From Planctomycetaceae bacterium (GTDB lineage: Bacteria; Planctomycetota; Planctomycetia; Planctomycetales; Planctomycetaceae), in assembly GCA_041753135.1 (NCBI GenBank), contig JBGSVD010000003.1, positions 11,840-75,839 on the forward strand: a stretch of DNA of 64,000 bases, given 5' to 3'. The notes below the pieces were generated by a model. That model worked only from the letters and a program-made list of their open reading frames with translations. It did no database searches and was not told the origin of the DNA. The translations under genes and the position numbers were made by a program. This document shows positions 10,146-19,250 of the stretch, in pieces (position 1 is the first letter of the stretch; the number at the start of each line of letters is the position of its first letter).

Positions 10146-10350
10146 TGAACCACGCACTCGCCGTGAGCGGAGATAAAACGTGCTCCCAAAAATCAATCGT
10201 AGCACCAACCACCCAACCCGACCCGAGTTCGCCACTCGCCAGCCTGCCGCACGGAGGCTCAAACCCCAGAAAACCTGCATTTCCAACCGCGCATCAAATG
10301 AAAAATCCCTTGGAAACGATGAGTTTCCAAGGGATTAATGCTGTCTCAAA

Positions 10351-10424
10351 TAGCGGCGGAGGGACTTGAACCCCCGACCCGCGGATTATGATTCCGCTGC
10401 TCTAACCAACTGAGCTACACCGCC
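10351..10424 (-). tRNA. tRNA with CAU anticodon (elongator tRNA-Met; tRNA-Ile2 cannot be excluded)
   Basis: The reverse complement GGCGGTG TA GCTC AGTTGGTTA GAGC A GCGGA ATCATAA TCCGC GGGTC GGGGG TTCAAGT CCCTC CGCCGCT A folds as a cloverleaf. The anticodon stem lacks the three G:C pairs of initiator tRNA. CCA is not encoded. Confidence 0.85.
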
Positions 10425-11094
10425 GATTAATGATTCCGAACAGACAATCGTCAAAATGTCAAGATTTCGTGAATCCATTCACCGCTGAAGACACGCGCCG
10501 GACGGTTCAGTTCGGGCCGGTCGGAAGTCTAGCAAATTTCGCCAGGCGGACAACCCAACAGAATCAAATTGCCGAGCTTTGAACTTAGACGCTCTGACAC
10601 CTTTTGAATCCGACTTCAGAAGCAAAATCACCTGGCGCGGAAATGCTGTCTCCTCGGGTAACCTGAAGGAGACCCAAGTTAAAACACGACGGCATTTCTG
10701 GAAGCAGGACTCCCTGGCGATCTCCGGGCAAAATCAGAGATCTTGGGGATTCTGAAAAGGCTTGATTATTTCTGCAGGAAATCTGTCTGAAGGATCGCAG
10801 CGGTTAGAAAATGTGACGTGTTTGCATTCTTTATCCGACGTGAGTCATCCGACAAAAAATGAACCGGCAGTAACCGCATGTTGGTAAGGTCCGGAAAAGT
10901 TTACGCAAACGAACACACAAAATGTAACGGTCGTGTGCGTTGTTCCATGTGGAAGCAGACAAACGGTTCCAACGGCATGCTGCTAGTGCGCGAACGGTCA
11001 AGTCGTGTAAACGCGGTCGACGAATAGAGGTGCAGGATTGTACGTCTCTCGTGCGCTCACGTTTCACTTTGTTAGAACAGTTGAGGTACAGGCA

Positions 11095-12444
11095 ATGAAA
11101 AGGCTCATGCTGGGAGCCGCTGCTGCAGTTACCATTCTGCTGAACAGCGGTGTGTTGATGGCCGGACTACTCGGAAAGGGTGGTTTCTCCGGTTGTCCAA
11201 CGTCCGCTTGTTCACCATGCGGTGACTTTGTGGCAGCTCGGTGCGGTTGCGGCCCGCAATGTAAAACGGTTCAGGAAACAGTCTGGGAGTCTCAGCAGTA
11301 TACCTGCATGAAGACAGTGTACGATCAGTGCACAGAATCAATCCCGGTCACCTGCACCAAGAACGTTTATGAAACATGCTACCGTGATGAGTGCTACACG
11401 GTTTGCAAGCCGGTCTATCAGACTTGCTACAAAACCTGCACTTACAATGTCTGCAAGCCTGTTTACCAGACTTGCTATCGCGACGTAACCTGTCGCGTTC
11501 GCAAGCCGGTTTATCAGACCTGCTACAAAGACGTGTGCTACACGGTTTGCAAGCCTGTCTACCAGACTTGCTACCGGACTGTCTGCTACACAGTCTGCAA
11601 GCCAGTCTATCAGACTTGCTACAAAGACGTGTGCTGCACAACTTACAAAACCGAAACGGAAACCTGCTACAAAGACGTGTGCTACACCGTTTGCAAGCCG
11701 ATTACCGAAAGCCACACTGTCGACGTGTGTTCTGGCGAATGGGTCACTGAAACAAAGTGCATCCCTGGCCCGGTTGTAAAGAAGTGCGTTGTTGACCCAT
11801 GCAACCCATGCTGCACAAAGACCGTTTGCGTTCAGTGCCCATCACGCACAGTCTGCTGCAAGAAGTGGGTACCAAAGACCGTCCAGAAGACTGTCACTTG
11901 CACACGAATGGTTCCGGAAGTCTGCCACAAGCAGGTTCCATACACCATCTGCCGTCAGGTTCCTGTTCACACAACAAAGAAGGTTCCTTACACAACCTGC
12001 TCCGTTGTTCGTGAAACATGCCAGAAGCAGGTTCCTTACACAACCTGCTCAATGACACAACAGACTTGTACTCGCAAGGTACCTTACACAACGTGCAACT
12101 GGACCGAAGAGTGCATTACTCGCCGAGTTCCGTACACAACCTGCAAGATGGTATCACAGTGTTGCACAAAGCAGATCCCGTATACGGTCTGCAAGATGGA
12201 ACAGCAGACATGCACTCGCAAAGTGCCTTACACTGTTTGCCGTCAGGTTTGTGAAACACGAACCGTCACCCGAACCAAGTGCGTTCCACGACAGGTTTGC
12301 GTCACAATGACACGATGCGTTCCACGAGTTGTTTGCCGCACCGTTCAGACCTGCTGCGATCCGTGCTCCGGAAACGGTGCCTGTGGCGGCGGTGAGGCGT
12401 GTGGAGAAACAGCTGCAGCTCCCTGCGAATCCTGCATGAAGTAA
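11095..12444 (+). CDS. secreted cysteine-rich repeat protein (YTV-like repeats)
   Basis: Signal peptide MKRLMLGAAAAVTILLNSGVLMAG. About 6 copies of VCKPVYQTCY(K/R)DVCYT are followed by about 7 copies of (K/R)(K/Q)VPYTTC-x6-C. I count about 66 Cys by hand. Confidence 0.85.
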   Translation: MKRLMLGAAAAVTILLNSGVLMAGLLGKGGFSGCPTSACSPCGDFVAARCGCGPQCKTVQETVWESQQYTCMKTVYDQCTESIPVTCTKNVYETCYRDECYTVCKPVYQTCYKTCTYNVCKPVYQTCYRDVTCRVRKPVYQTCYKDVCYTVCKPVYQTCYRTVCYTVCKPVYQTCYKDVCCTTYKTETETCYKDVCYTVCKPITESHTVDVCSGEWVTETKCIPGPVVKKCVVDPCNPCCTKTVCVQCPSRTVCCKKWVPKTVQKTVTCTRMVPEVCHKQVPYTICRQVPVHTTKKVPYTTCSVVRETCQKQVPYTTCSMTQQTCTRKVPYTTCNWTEECITRRVPYTTCKMVSQCCTKQIPYTVCKMEQQTCTRKVPYTVCRQVCETRTVTRTKCVPRQVCVTMTRCVPRVVCRTVQTCCDPCSGNGACGGGEACGETAAAPCESCMK

Positions 12445-12560
12445 TCGCGAATGCGATTCGTTGCGGTAAGGACTTTCAGTGGCAAGGTGGTTCAAAGGAG
12501 TTGATATCCAGCAGTCACTCAGGTGAATTGTCTGGACCACTGTTAACAGAAACTGCGGAA

Positions 12561-12590
12561 GGGGATCGTGAAATTCACGATCCCCTTTTT
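12561..12590 (+). terminator. Rho-independent terminator after the Cys-rich protein gene
   Basis: GGGGATCGTG-aaatt-CACGATCCCC followed by TTTTT. Confidence 0.6.
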
Positions 12591-12816
12591 GCGTTATCGC
12601 CTCCATCAATCCCACGGTAGTCCGTTTTGCAGTGCCGGGCCGCGGCTTTGATTCAAGCGACCGCAAAGTGCGGCGGATTCTGCGTGTAACTGAAATTGAA
12701 CGATGCCGCATCACAACCGACTGAGCCGCAAGTACCGTAGCGGCTGTGTCGATAATTCACTCATCTGAATCTTTTAACCCTACTCATCGAGAACTTCAGC
12801 AGGGCAGCTTCAACAA

Positions 12817-13599
12817 ATGGATCAGGCTCGAGAGATCGAAAAGCTCCAGCAGCGGATCAAGGTGCTTGAGGAAGAACTGATGCGAGCACAGCGTCTTAGT
12901 TCTGTTGGAGCTTTGGCGTCTTCAATCACGCACGAGTTCAATAATATCCTGACGACGGTAATCAACTACGCCAAGATGGGACTGCGACATCCGGATGAAG
13001 CAACCAGAACAAAGTCTTTCGACCGCATTCTGTCTGCAGGGCAACGAGCGGCCAAAATCACCACGGGCATGCTTGCTTATGCTCGAAACTCCAGTGACCG
13101 TATTGAGCCGGCGGATTTGAAAAGACTGCTGGAAGATGTGCTGGTTCTGGTTCAAAAAGATTTGCAGATGCATCGGATCGGTGTTGACCTGACGGCACCT
13201 GCCAGCGTTTGGGCAAAGGCCAACTCCAGCCAGATTCAGCAATTGCTGATGAACTTGATTGTCAATGCTCGACAGGCGATGCCTGAGAATGGCCGACTAA
13301 AGCTGATCGTACGGGACAATCCATCGGAAGGCTGGGCAGAGGTCGTTGTTGCGGACAACGGATGCGGTATCCCCCACGAAAAACTGCCTCACATTTTTGA
13401 TTCGTTCTACACAACAAAGCAGGCAGATTCGCGTGGGCAGGGCGGCACGGGGCTGGGCCTTGCGCTTTGCCGCAAAATTGTTGAAGCCCACCAGGGGCGA
13501 ATCCGAGTCGAAAGCGAGATTGGTAAAGGGACGTCGTTCACGCTCAAGTTGCCACGCTCTGATTCACCAGCAGGGTTTATTGACACTTCAGCCGCTTAG
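12817..13599 (+). CDS. soluble histidine kinase (coiled coil + DHp + HATPase_c, no sensor domain, no adjacent response regulator)
   Basis: H-box SSITHEFNNILT, N-box LLMNLIVNARQA, G-boxes DNGCGI and GGTGLGLALCRKIV. Confidence 0.9.
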   Translation: MDQAREIEKLQQRIKVLEEELMRAQRLSSVGALASSITHEFNNILTTVINYAKMGLRHPDEATRTKSFDRILSAGQRAAKITTGMLAYARNSSDRIEPADLKRLLEDVLVLVQKDLQMHRIGVDLTAPASVWAKANSSQIQQLLMNLIVNARQAMPENGRLKLIVRDNPSEGWAEVVVADNGCGIPHEKLPHIFDSFYTTKQADSRGQGGTGLGLALCRKIVEAHQGRIRVESEIGKGTSFTLKLPRSDSPAGFIDTSAA

Positions 13600-13678
13600 C
13601 TGGACAGTGCCATGTTTTCATCAGCCGGAGTGCGTTAACTCCGACTTGCGACACTCGTACTTTGTCAGCATTTGAATT

Positions 13679-13939
13679 TCAGGTAATGGACCTTGCTAAA
13701 GGTCCTGCAGCTACGGGATCTTCAGGAATGGGATCTTCAGCAAGATCCACTACGTCCAACACGAATTCCTCATCGTGACGGAGCACGGGAGTCTTCTCTT
13801 CGTGCTTCGTCGCGGCAGGCGTTGTGAGAAATTTCTTCCGACAGTGTTCGCTGCAAAAGTAAAACGTCTGTCCGTCGCGTTCGGCATGGAGCGGGGATGT
13901 TTCGTCGACGGTCATGCCGCAAATGGGATCTTTGGCCAT
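13679..13939 (-). CDS. YHS-domain protein
   Basis: DPICGMTVDETSPLHAERDGQTFYFCSEHCRKKF is the YHS/TRASH-type metal-binding motif. Confidence 0.8.
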   Translation of the reverse strand: MAKDPICGMTVDETSPLHAERDGQTFYFCSEHCRKKFLTTPAATKHEEKTPVLRHDEEFVLDVVDLAEDPIPEDPVAAGPLARSIT

Positions 13940-13956
13940 AATAGTTCCGGGATTCT

Positions 13957-14060
13957 TGGGGCAAAAAGATGGTTGGGCAAAAAATAGTTTGCGATCGCAG
14001 TGAGCGAATCTACGTCAGACGTCGGCTCTGAAATCTTTTTGCCCAGTCATTTTTTTGCCC
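13957..14060. repeat. Family D GGGCAAAAA palindromic element, copy D1
   Basis: GGGGCAAAAAGATGGTTGGGCAAAAAAT ... ATCTTTTTGCCCAGTCATTTTTTTGCCC. The arms match those of 63838-63904. Confidence 0.65.
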
Positions 14061-14100
14061 ATAAGTCAGGTTGTATTCTCCGCGCGGTCGGAGCTGAGGC

Positions 14101-14178
14101 ATCGGCGAGCGGGGGATGTCAATCCCCTGATTAGTGGTGAGGCAAAAATCAGGGGACTCACGTCCCCCGCTCGCCGAT
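14101..14178. repeat. 78 bp nested hairpin element E, sharing its terminal repeat core with family A
   Basis: The 16 bp outer stem is ATCGGCGAGCGGGGGA / TCCCCCGCTCGCCGAT and the inner stem is CCCCTGAT / ATCAGGGG. The termini contain GGCGAGCGG / CCGCTCGCC, as in A1. Confidence 0.7.
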
Positions 14179-14220
14179 CAATGCTTCATTTCTTCCCGCG
14201 TGATGGATAAACAATCGCCA

Positions 14221-15447
14221 TCAACTTTGTTCGCCGATGATGCTCATCACCGAACGAGCAATCGATATCTCTTCGTTCGTTCGAATTACTCGAACGGTGA
14301 CTGGACTGGCGTCCGTGGAAATCACCGCCGCAGAATTTGTATTGCTGGACTCATCCAATTCGATTCCGAGAAAGCCCAGTCCTTCGCAAATTCGTGCGCG
14401 GATCGATGGAGCGTTCTCACCAATGCCGCCGGCGAAAACGAGCGTATCCAATCCGCCCAATGCTGCCGCGAAACTGCCGATCCATTTCTTGATCTGGTAG
14501 CAGAACAACGAAACAGCTTCGGCGGCGCGGATGTCGTTGGCTTCGTGTTTCAGTAAGTCGCGCATGTCGGAACTGGTTTCGGACACGCCGAGCAACCCGG
14601 ATTGCGAATTCACCATCGTGTTGAATTGCTCTGGAGTCATGCCTTCCGTCCGAGCCAGATACTATGCCAAAGCGGGATCGAGATCACCGGATCGAGTGCT
14701 CATGGGCACTCCGGCGGTTGGCGTGAAACTCATGCTGGTGTCGATCGGCTGGCCGCGATGTACGGCTGCCAGACTGGCTCCGTTTCCGAGATGAGCCAGT
14801 ACCACACGCCCCTGACTCGCTTGTGGCCCGGCCTGTCGCGCGAGTTCTTCCATCAGAAACGCGTACGACAAACCGTGAAAGCCATAGCGGCGTATTCCTT
14901 GTGCTTCGTAGCGGCGAGGAATCGGCAGAATTTGAGCGACTCGCGGCAGATCATGATGAAAGGCCGTGTCGAAGCAGGCAACCTGAGTCACATGAGGCAA
15001 GCGGCTTCGAAACGCTTCGATTAAAAGGAGCTCGGCTGGAAGATGTTCCGGATCGAAGGGACTCAGTCGATGCAGCTCTTCAATGACTTGTGACGTGATT
15101 CGAACAGGCTGAGAATAATTCGGACCTCCGTGTACGACTCGATGACCCACCGCAGCCAGTGGGCCAAACGTGTTTTCGGCTTCGACCCAATCCATGAACG
15201 CGTCGATCGCTCCGGCATGAGTGGCGATTGCCAGAGGTCGCGAGTAGTTATCAGCCTCGTTCAAACACTTGACCTGCAAAACGGCTTGAGGTGAGCCGAT
15301 CGCTTCGATGCCACCACGAAGCATCCGCCGATACGAATCACCGACCTCGAACAACGCAAACTTGATGCTCGATGAGCCGACATTCACCGCCAGGACATGC
15401 GGTTTCGCGGAAGTGTGAAGTGCTGGCGAGGGGACGATCGTTGCCAT
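14221..15447 (-). pseudogene. ackA: acetate kinase interrupted by one in-frame TAG (14662-14664)
   Basis: ORF 14662..15447 (VNVGSSSIKFALFE ... TRSGDLDPALA*) and ORF 14221..14640 are in the same frame. They are separated only by TAG plus 7 sense codons (YLARTEG), and together they give a colinear full-length AckA. Confidence 0.85.
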
Positions 15448-15530
15448 AAGCTCTCAGTGTTGAATGAATGGTTCTGTGCTTGTGGGAACGAAGATTCGGA
15501 TGGTGATCCAGACGGAAGCCCCTCATCTCA

Positions 15531-16634
15531 TCATTCGGCTGTGTTGCATTCGACGGTTTCGCATTTGGAAGCAATGCACATCAGCAAGTCGTTCCAGGAT
15601 TTGACGAACGACTTCGCTCCTTCGTCCTGAAGTTGCGTAGCCAGAGCATCGATGTCGATTCCGGCGTCTGCAAATCTGGCGAGCATCTTTTCGCAATCAC
15701 CACCATCGGCGGCCATCGTGCTTTCGATGTCTCCATGATCTGCCAGCGCGTTCAGCGTCGCTTCGGGCAGGGTGTTGATGGTCGAAGGAGCCGCAAGAGA
15801 TTCGACGTAAAGCAGGTCCGATGCCGCTGGATCCTTGGTTCCCGTGCTGGCCCACAGCAAACGCTGCGGACGAGCGCCGGCCTCAAGCATTCGCTGCCAG
15901 CTCGACGATTCAAGCAGCGAGCGATACGCTTTATAAGTGCGTTGGGCGATGGCAATGCCGAGTTGGTTTCGAAGATTCACCGGGACTTTGCTTGAGACCG
16001 CGACGTCCCATCGGCTAATGAAAATCGAAGCGACTGAGCGAACATCGGGCGTGAGTCCAAGAGTAATCCGGCGTTCGATTCCACGCTGCCAGGCTTCGGC
16101 GGCGGCCAGATACTGCTCCGCGGAAAACAGCAAGGTTACATTGACCGGCACGCCGGCGAATATGGCTTCTTCAATCGCGGGCAGGCCTTCTTTCGTTCCC
16201 GGTATTTTGATGAACAGATTGGTGCGATCTGCTCTGGCGAAAATGTCTTTGGCCGCTGCAAGAGTCGCCTTGGTGTCATGGGCCAGCAAGGGCGAGACCT
16301 CCAGGGATACCCAGCCGTCCAGGCCGTCAGTTTCGTCGTAGACCGGCTGAAACAAGTCGGCTGCCTGTCGAAGATCTTCCATCGCTAACTCGAAAAACAA
16401 TCGTTCGCCAGTCATGCCTTCCGCTGCTTTCGAACGGATGGCGTCATCGTAGTCGTCACTATTTTTGAACGCGTGTTCAAAGATCGTGGGGTTCGAAGTC
16501 AAGCCCGTGATGGAGAACTCGGCGATGTAGCGGCGAAGCGTGCCGCTGGTGAGCAGTCCACGGGTGATGTTGTCGAGCCACAAGCTCTGGCCGACGTCGT
16601 GTAGTTTTTTGGTGGCTGTAATTGATGTTGTCAT
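15531..16634 (-). CDS. tal: transaldolase
   Basis: LWLDNITRGLL, GLTSNPTIFEHA, FIKIPGTKEGLPAIEE. Confidence 0.95.
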   Translation of the reverse strand: MTTSITATKKLHDVGQSLWLDNITRGLLTSGTLRRYIAEFSITGLTSNPTIFEHAFKNSDDYDDAIRSKAAEGMTGERLFFELAMEDLRQAADLFQPVYDETDGLDGWVSLEVSPLLAHDTKATLAAAKDIFARADRTNLFIKIPGTKEGLPAIEEAIFAGVPVNVTLLFSAEQYLAAAEAWQRGIERRITLGLTPDVRSVASIFISRWDVAVSSKVPVNLRNQLGIAIAQRTYKAYRSLLESSSWQRMLEAGARPQRLLWASTGTKDPAASDLLYVESLAAPSTINTLPEATLNALADHGDIESTMAADGGDCEKMLARFADAGIDIDALATQLQDEGAKSFVKSWNDLLMCIASKCETVECNTAE

Positions 16635-16700
16635 GCTTTTTACTCTCGTAGAGGTTCGCGTGATTAGTTGATTTTCGTTTAACCCGTTCCATGTTCGCTT

Positions 16701-16767
16701 GTAGTCCCGCCTTCAGGCGGAAACGGTTGCGACAGCCCGTGCAAGGTCCGCCTGAAGGCGAGACTAC
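16701..16767. repeat. Family C hairpin repeat, copy C1
   Basis: GTAGTCCCGCCTTCAGGCGGA / TCCGCCTGAAGGCGAGACTAC pairs at 20 of 21 positions with a 25 nt loop. It is related to 19328-19389. Confidence 0.7.
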
Positions 16768-16819
16768 GAACTGGTGATTGTTCGAGACGCTTCGAATCAA
16801 TGCTTCACAGTTCGGCGTT

Positions 16820-17263
16820 CTAACCGTCGAGTTCCTGCACCTTGTCCAGACGTCTTTTGTGTCGTTCCGCACCGGTGAACTGTGCCGACAGAAATGTCTG
16901 AATCAGTTCCCAGGCCAGTGCCGGTCCGATCACTTTTCCGCCGAGGCAAACGACGTTCATGTCGTCATCTTCCACGCCCTGATGCGCAGAGAAGACGTCG
17001 TGAATTAAAGCGGCTCGCACGCTGGAAACTTTGTTCGCAGCGATCGACGCGCCTACGCCGCTTCCGCAGAGCGCGACGCCACGTTCGACTTGCCCGGAAG
17101 CGACGGCTTTGGCCAGAGGAATGATAAAATCGGGATAGTCGTCGTGGGTATTCAGTTCGTGCGCCCCGAAGTCAGTGACTTCGTGCCCGGATTGTCGCAA
17201 TAGATCCGCGACCTGTTCTTTCAGCACGAACCCACCGTGGTCGGCCGCGATTCCAACAAGCAT
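16820..17263 (-). CDS. rpiB: ribose-5-phosphate isomerase B
   Basis: MLVGIAADHGGFVLKE..., ALCGSGVGASIAANK, and AGGAGG 7 nt upstream of the ATG at 17263. Confidence 0.9.
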   Translation of the reverse strand: MLVGIAADHGGFVLKEQVADLLRQSGHEVTDFGAHELNTHDDYPDFIIPLAKAVASGQVERGVALCGSGVGASIAANKVSSVRAALIHDVFSAHQGVEDDDMNVVCLGGKVIGPALAWELIQTFLSAQFTGAERHKRRLDKVQELDG

Positions 17264-17407
17264 CGTTTGTCCTCCTGAGACTTCCGGACCATGGTGACGA
17301 CAAGTGACTATTTCAACGCCTGATGAAGGGCATCGACGAACCAGAGTCACTTAACAATTCCCCGAGTCACCTCGATAGACACGTCCGACCATTGGTTGAT
17401 ACTCATG

Positions 17408-17974
17408 CTACATAGCGGCAGCAACGGGCTGATCCACCAGAAACAATTCGGAATCCTCGGCGCCGAATTCTCCAAGCAGAATCTTCGCGCGTTCCACTTC
17501 TGCGGGTGTTCCGTGTACGAGCAAGAGAAACTGCCCCGACTTGATGCTCGCTTCGTACTTCACGATGCTGTTGTTTGGAATTCCGATGCTCATCAAAGCC
17601 GCACCCAGAGCGCCGAATCCTCCGGCCACGGCAGCGGTTTCCACGGCACCGACAATTGCGGCGACAAACGGCCCTGCGACCAACAAAGGTCCAATTCCAG
17701 GCACCATGAACATTCCCGAGCCAAACAGCAATCCCCAGAAGCCGCCCCAAAAGGCTCCCTGAGTGCCCCAATAGAGCATGCGGTCGCCGACGTTGTAGTA
17801 GCCGACGACGTTTTCCTGCGTGTGGTACCCCTTGCCAACGATCGACAGCAACTTCATATCGAAGCCCGAATGCTGCAGTTGCTTGACCGCTTCTTCCGCC
17901 TGAGTATGTGTTTTGAAAGTCGCGACGACGCTATTCGTGAGATTCTTATCTATCGAATTGGGCTTCGTTTTCAT
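17408..17974 (-). CDS. general-stress / DUF1269-like membrane protein
   Basis: An N-terminal domain of the YflT type (ATFKTHTQAEEAVKQLQHSGF), Gly-rich TM helices, and a second alpha/beta module. Confidence 0.65.
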   Translation of the reverse strand: MKTKPNSIDKNLTNSVVATFKTHTQAEEAVKQLQHSGFDMKLLSIVGKGYHTQENVVGYYNVGDRMLYWGTQGAFWGGFWGLLFGSGMFMVPGIGPLLVAGPFVAAIVGAVETAAVAGGFGALGAALMSIGIPNNSIVKYEASIKSGQFLLLVHGTPAEVERAKILLGEFGAEDSELFLVDQPVAAAM

Positions 17975-18000
17975 CTGAACGCGTCCTTTGTTTGAGGCAT

Positions 18001-18049
18001 AAAAAAAGCCGACGTAATTGAATACCAAACGGTATTCAATCACGTCGGC
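18001..18049 (-). terminator. Rho-independent terminator (minus strand)
   Basis: On the minus strand: GCCGACGTGATTGAATACC-gttt-GGTATTCAATTACGTCGGC followed by TTTTTTT. Confidence 0.6.
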
Positions 18050-18373
18050 CTACTTGAAAACTGGCCGCTCAAAACAAAGCTGCCATTTTGGGGTCGTCCG
18101 ACGACCTGAGATTTCCGCACCGAACAAACATCTACGGTGCAGGCTTAGATCTTTACAACGAAGCTGATTTTAGCAACGGCAATCACAGACTTCGAACCGA
18201 ATAGTCAGGAATGGCGTGACAGCGAGCTCAGGACGAATCAGACATGGTCTGTTTCCTACCATTTGCCGGTCGGAACTGCGATATCGACGGACCTCAGAAA
18301 CAGACGCTCCGATCATTGCGATGAAATGCAGTTTCGTCTGCGAGTGACACGCGTTCCGGCGCTTTTCAGAATC

Positions 18374-18760
18374 TCAATGGGAAGATTGCGTTTGGCTCAC
18401 ACTAATCCCCAAATAAACGGCGAGCACCAAAGCGGACAACGCCACGAGAGCAGCAACACTCAGACTGAGTGTTACGGAATAGTGCTCCGGACGGTCTTTC
18501 AACTTCAATGTCCGCGTGAATTTCAGGTGCTGCCAGGTTGACGCAGCAATCATCATTGCGCCCAGCAGCACAAAACCGATTCCGATGAACGACGCAGCCC
18601 GCTGATTTCCTTCAACCATCTGGCCACGCACAATCATCAGAAAGACGCCGAAGCGAGCTACGAGGAATCCCAATCCAATGACGGCGATACCGGTCCGCAG
18701 CCAAGCCAATAGCGTCCGCTCGGCCGCAAAATAGATGCGAGGATCTGACTCATCAGCCAT
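18374..18760 (-). CDS. DUF202 (YidH-like) membrane protein
   Basis: DPRIYFAAERTLLAWLRTGIAVIGLGF plus two further TM helices. ATG at 18760 is chosen, because the 5' extension to 19081 looks non-coding. Confidence 0.75.
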   Translation of the reverse strand: MADESDPRIYFAAERTLLAWLRTGIAVIGLGFLVARFGVFLMIVRGQMVEGNQRAASFIGIGFVLLGAMMIAASTWQHLKFTRTLKLKDRPEHYSVTLSLSVAALVALSALVLAVYLGISVSQTQSSH

Positions 18761-19250
18761 AAAAAACTCTTCGTTCGTAGTGCCTGTCGGTGATGTTGAC
18801 AGAAGTCTCGGCACACGCCGGATCTCGCCGTCCTTCATTTTGCAAATTGTAACAAACTCCACCGACGTTCGCTGGTCGTGGGTGACAACAAACAGCGTGT
18901 ACAATGCTCTCGGGCGATTGGGCCGTCCGTTGCCAGAAAGAACCCGAAGCGAACCTATCTGTGATGCAGAAGCGTTCATCAGTCCGAGCGCGGCGAGAAA
19001 ATGTGGATTCTCCAAAACTGCTCGGCCCAAGCAAAATGGTGTGCCGGCGCGCTGCTTGTCACAACGAAAGTCCTGTCGCAACTTGAAACAGTACGCACCT
19101 TGCAGGAATCTTGAAGCGGTCTTGTATTCTGAACGTAGACGGTTATAGTCAATTTAGCGAGCGTGGATACCACGTCTCGTGTGAGTAAGAGCAATCGGAA
19201 GACAGTTTGAATCGTAATGCAGCCGAAGGCTGATAGCGAGTTGATACGTA

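Noticed and set aside
10383-10439. Partial duplication of tRNA sequence (GATTATGATTCCG inside the tRNA versus GATTAATGATTCCG just outside its 5' end) as an integration att site
   Set aside because: The match is only about 13 nt. It lies at the 5' side rather than duplicating the tRNA 3' end. No integrase or foreign-looking genes are adjacent, so it is likely chance.
11338-11750. ORFs 11338..11715(-), 11348..11641(-) and 11391..11750(+) inside the Cys-rich repeat gene
   Set aside because: They are alternative-frame or antisense read-throughs created by the periodic repeat DNA. They have low-complexity translations, no start context, and are fully nested in a much better CDS.
14134-14556. 140 aa plus-strand ORF starting in hairpin element E and running antisense to the ackA 3' half
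   Set aside because: It is antisense to a conserved AckA C-terminal domain and begins inside a palindromic repeat.
18761-19081. 107 aa N-terminal extension of the DUF202 ORF
   Set aside because: It has no recognisable domain. The family normally begins close to the DPR..FAAERT motif, and an ATG sits right there.
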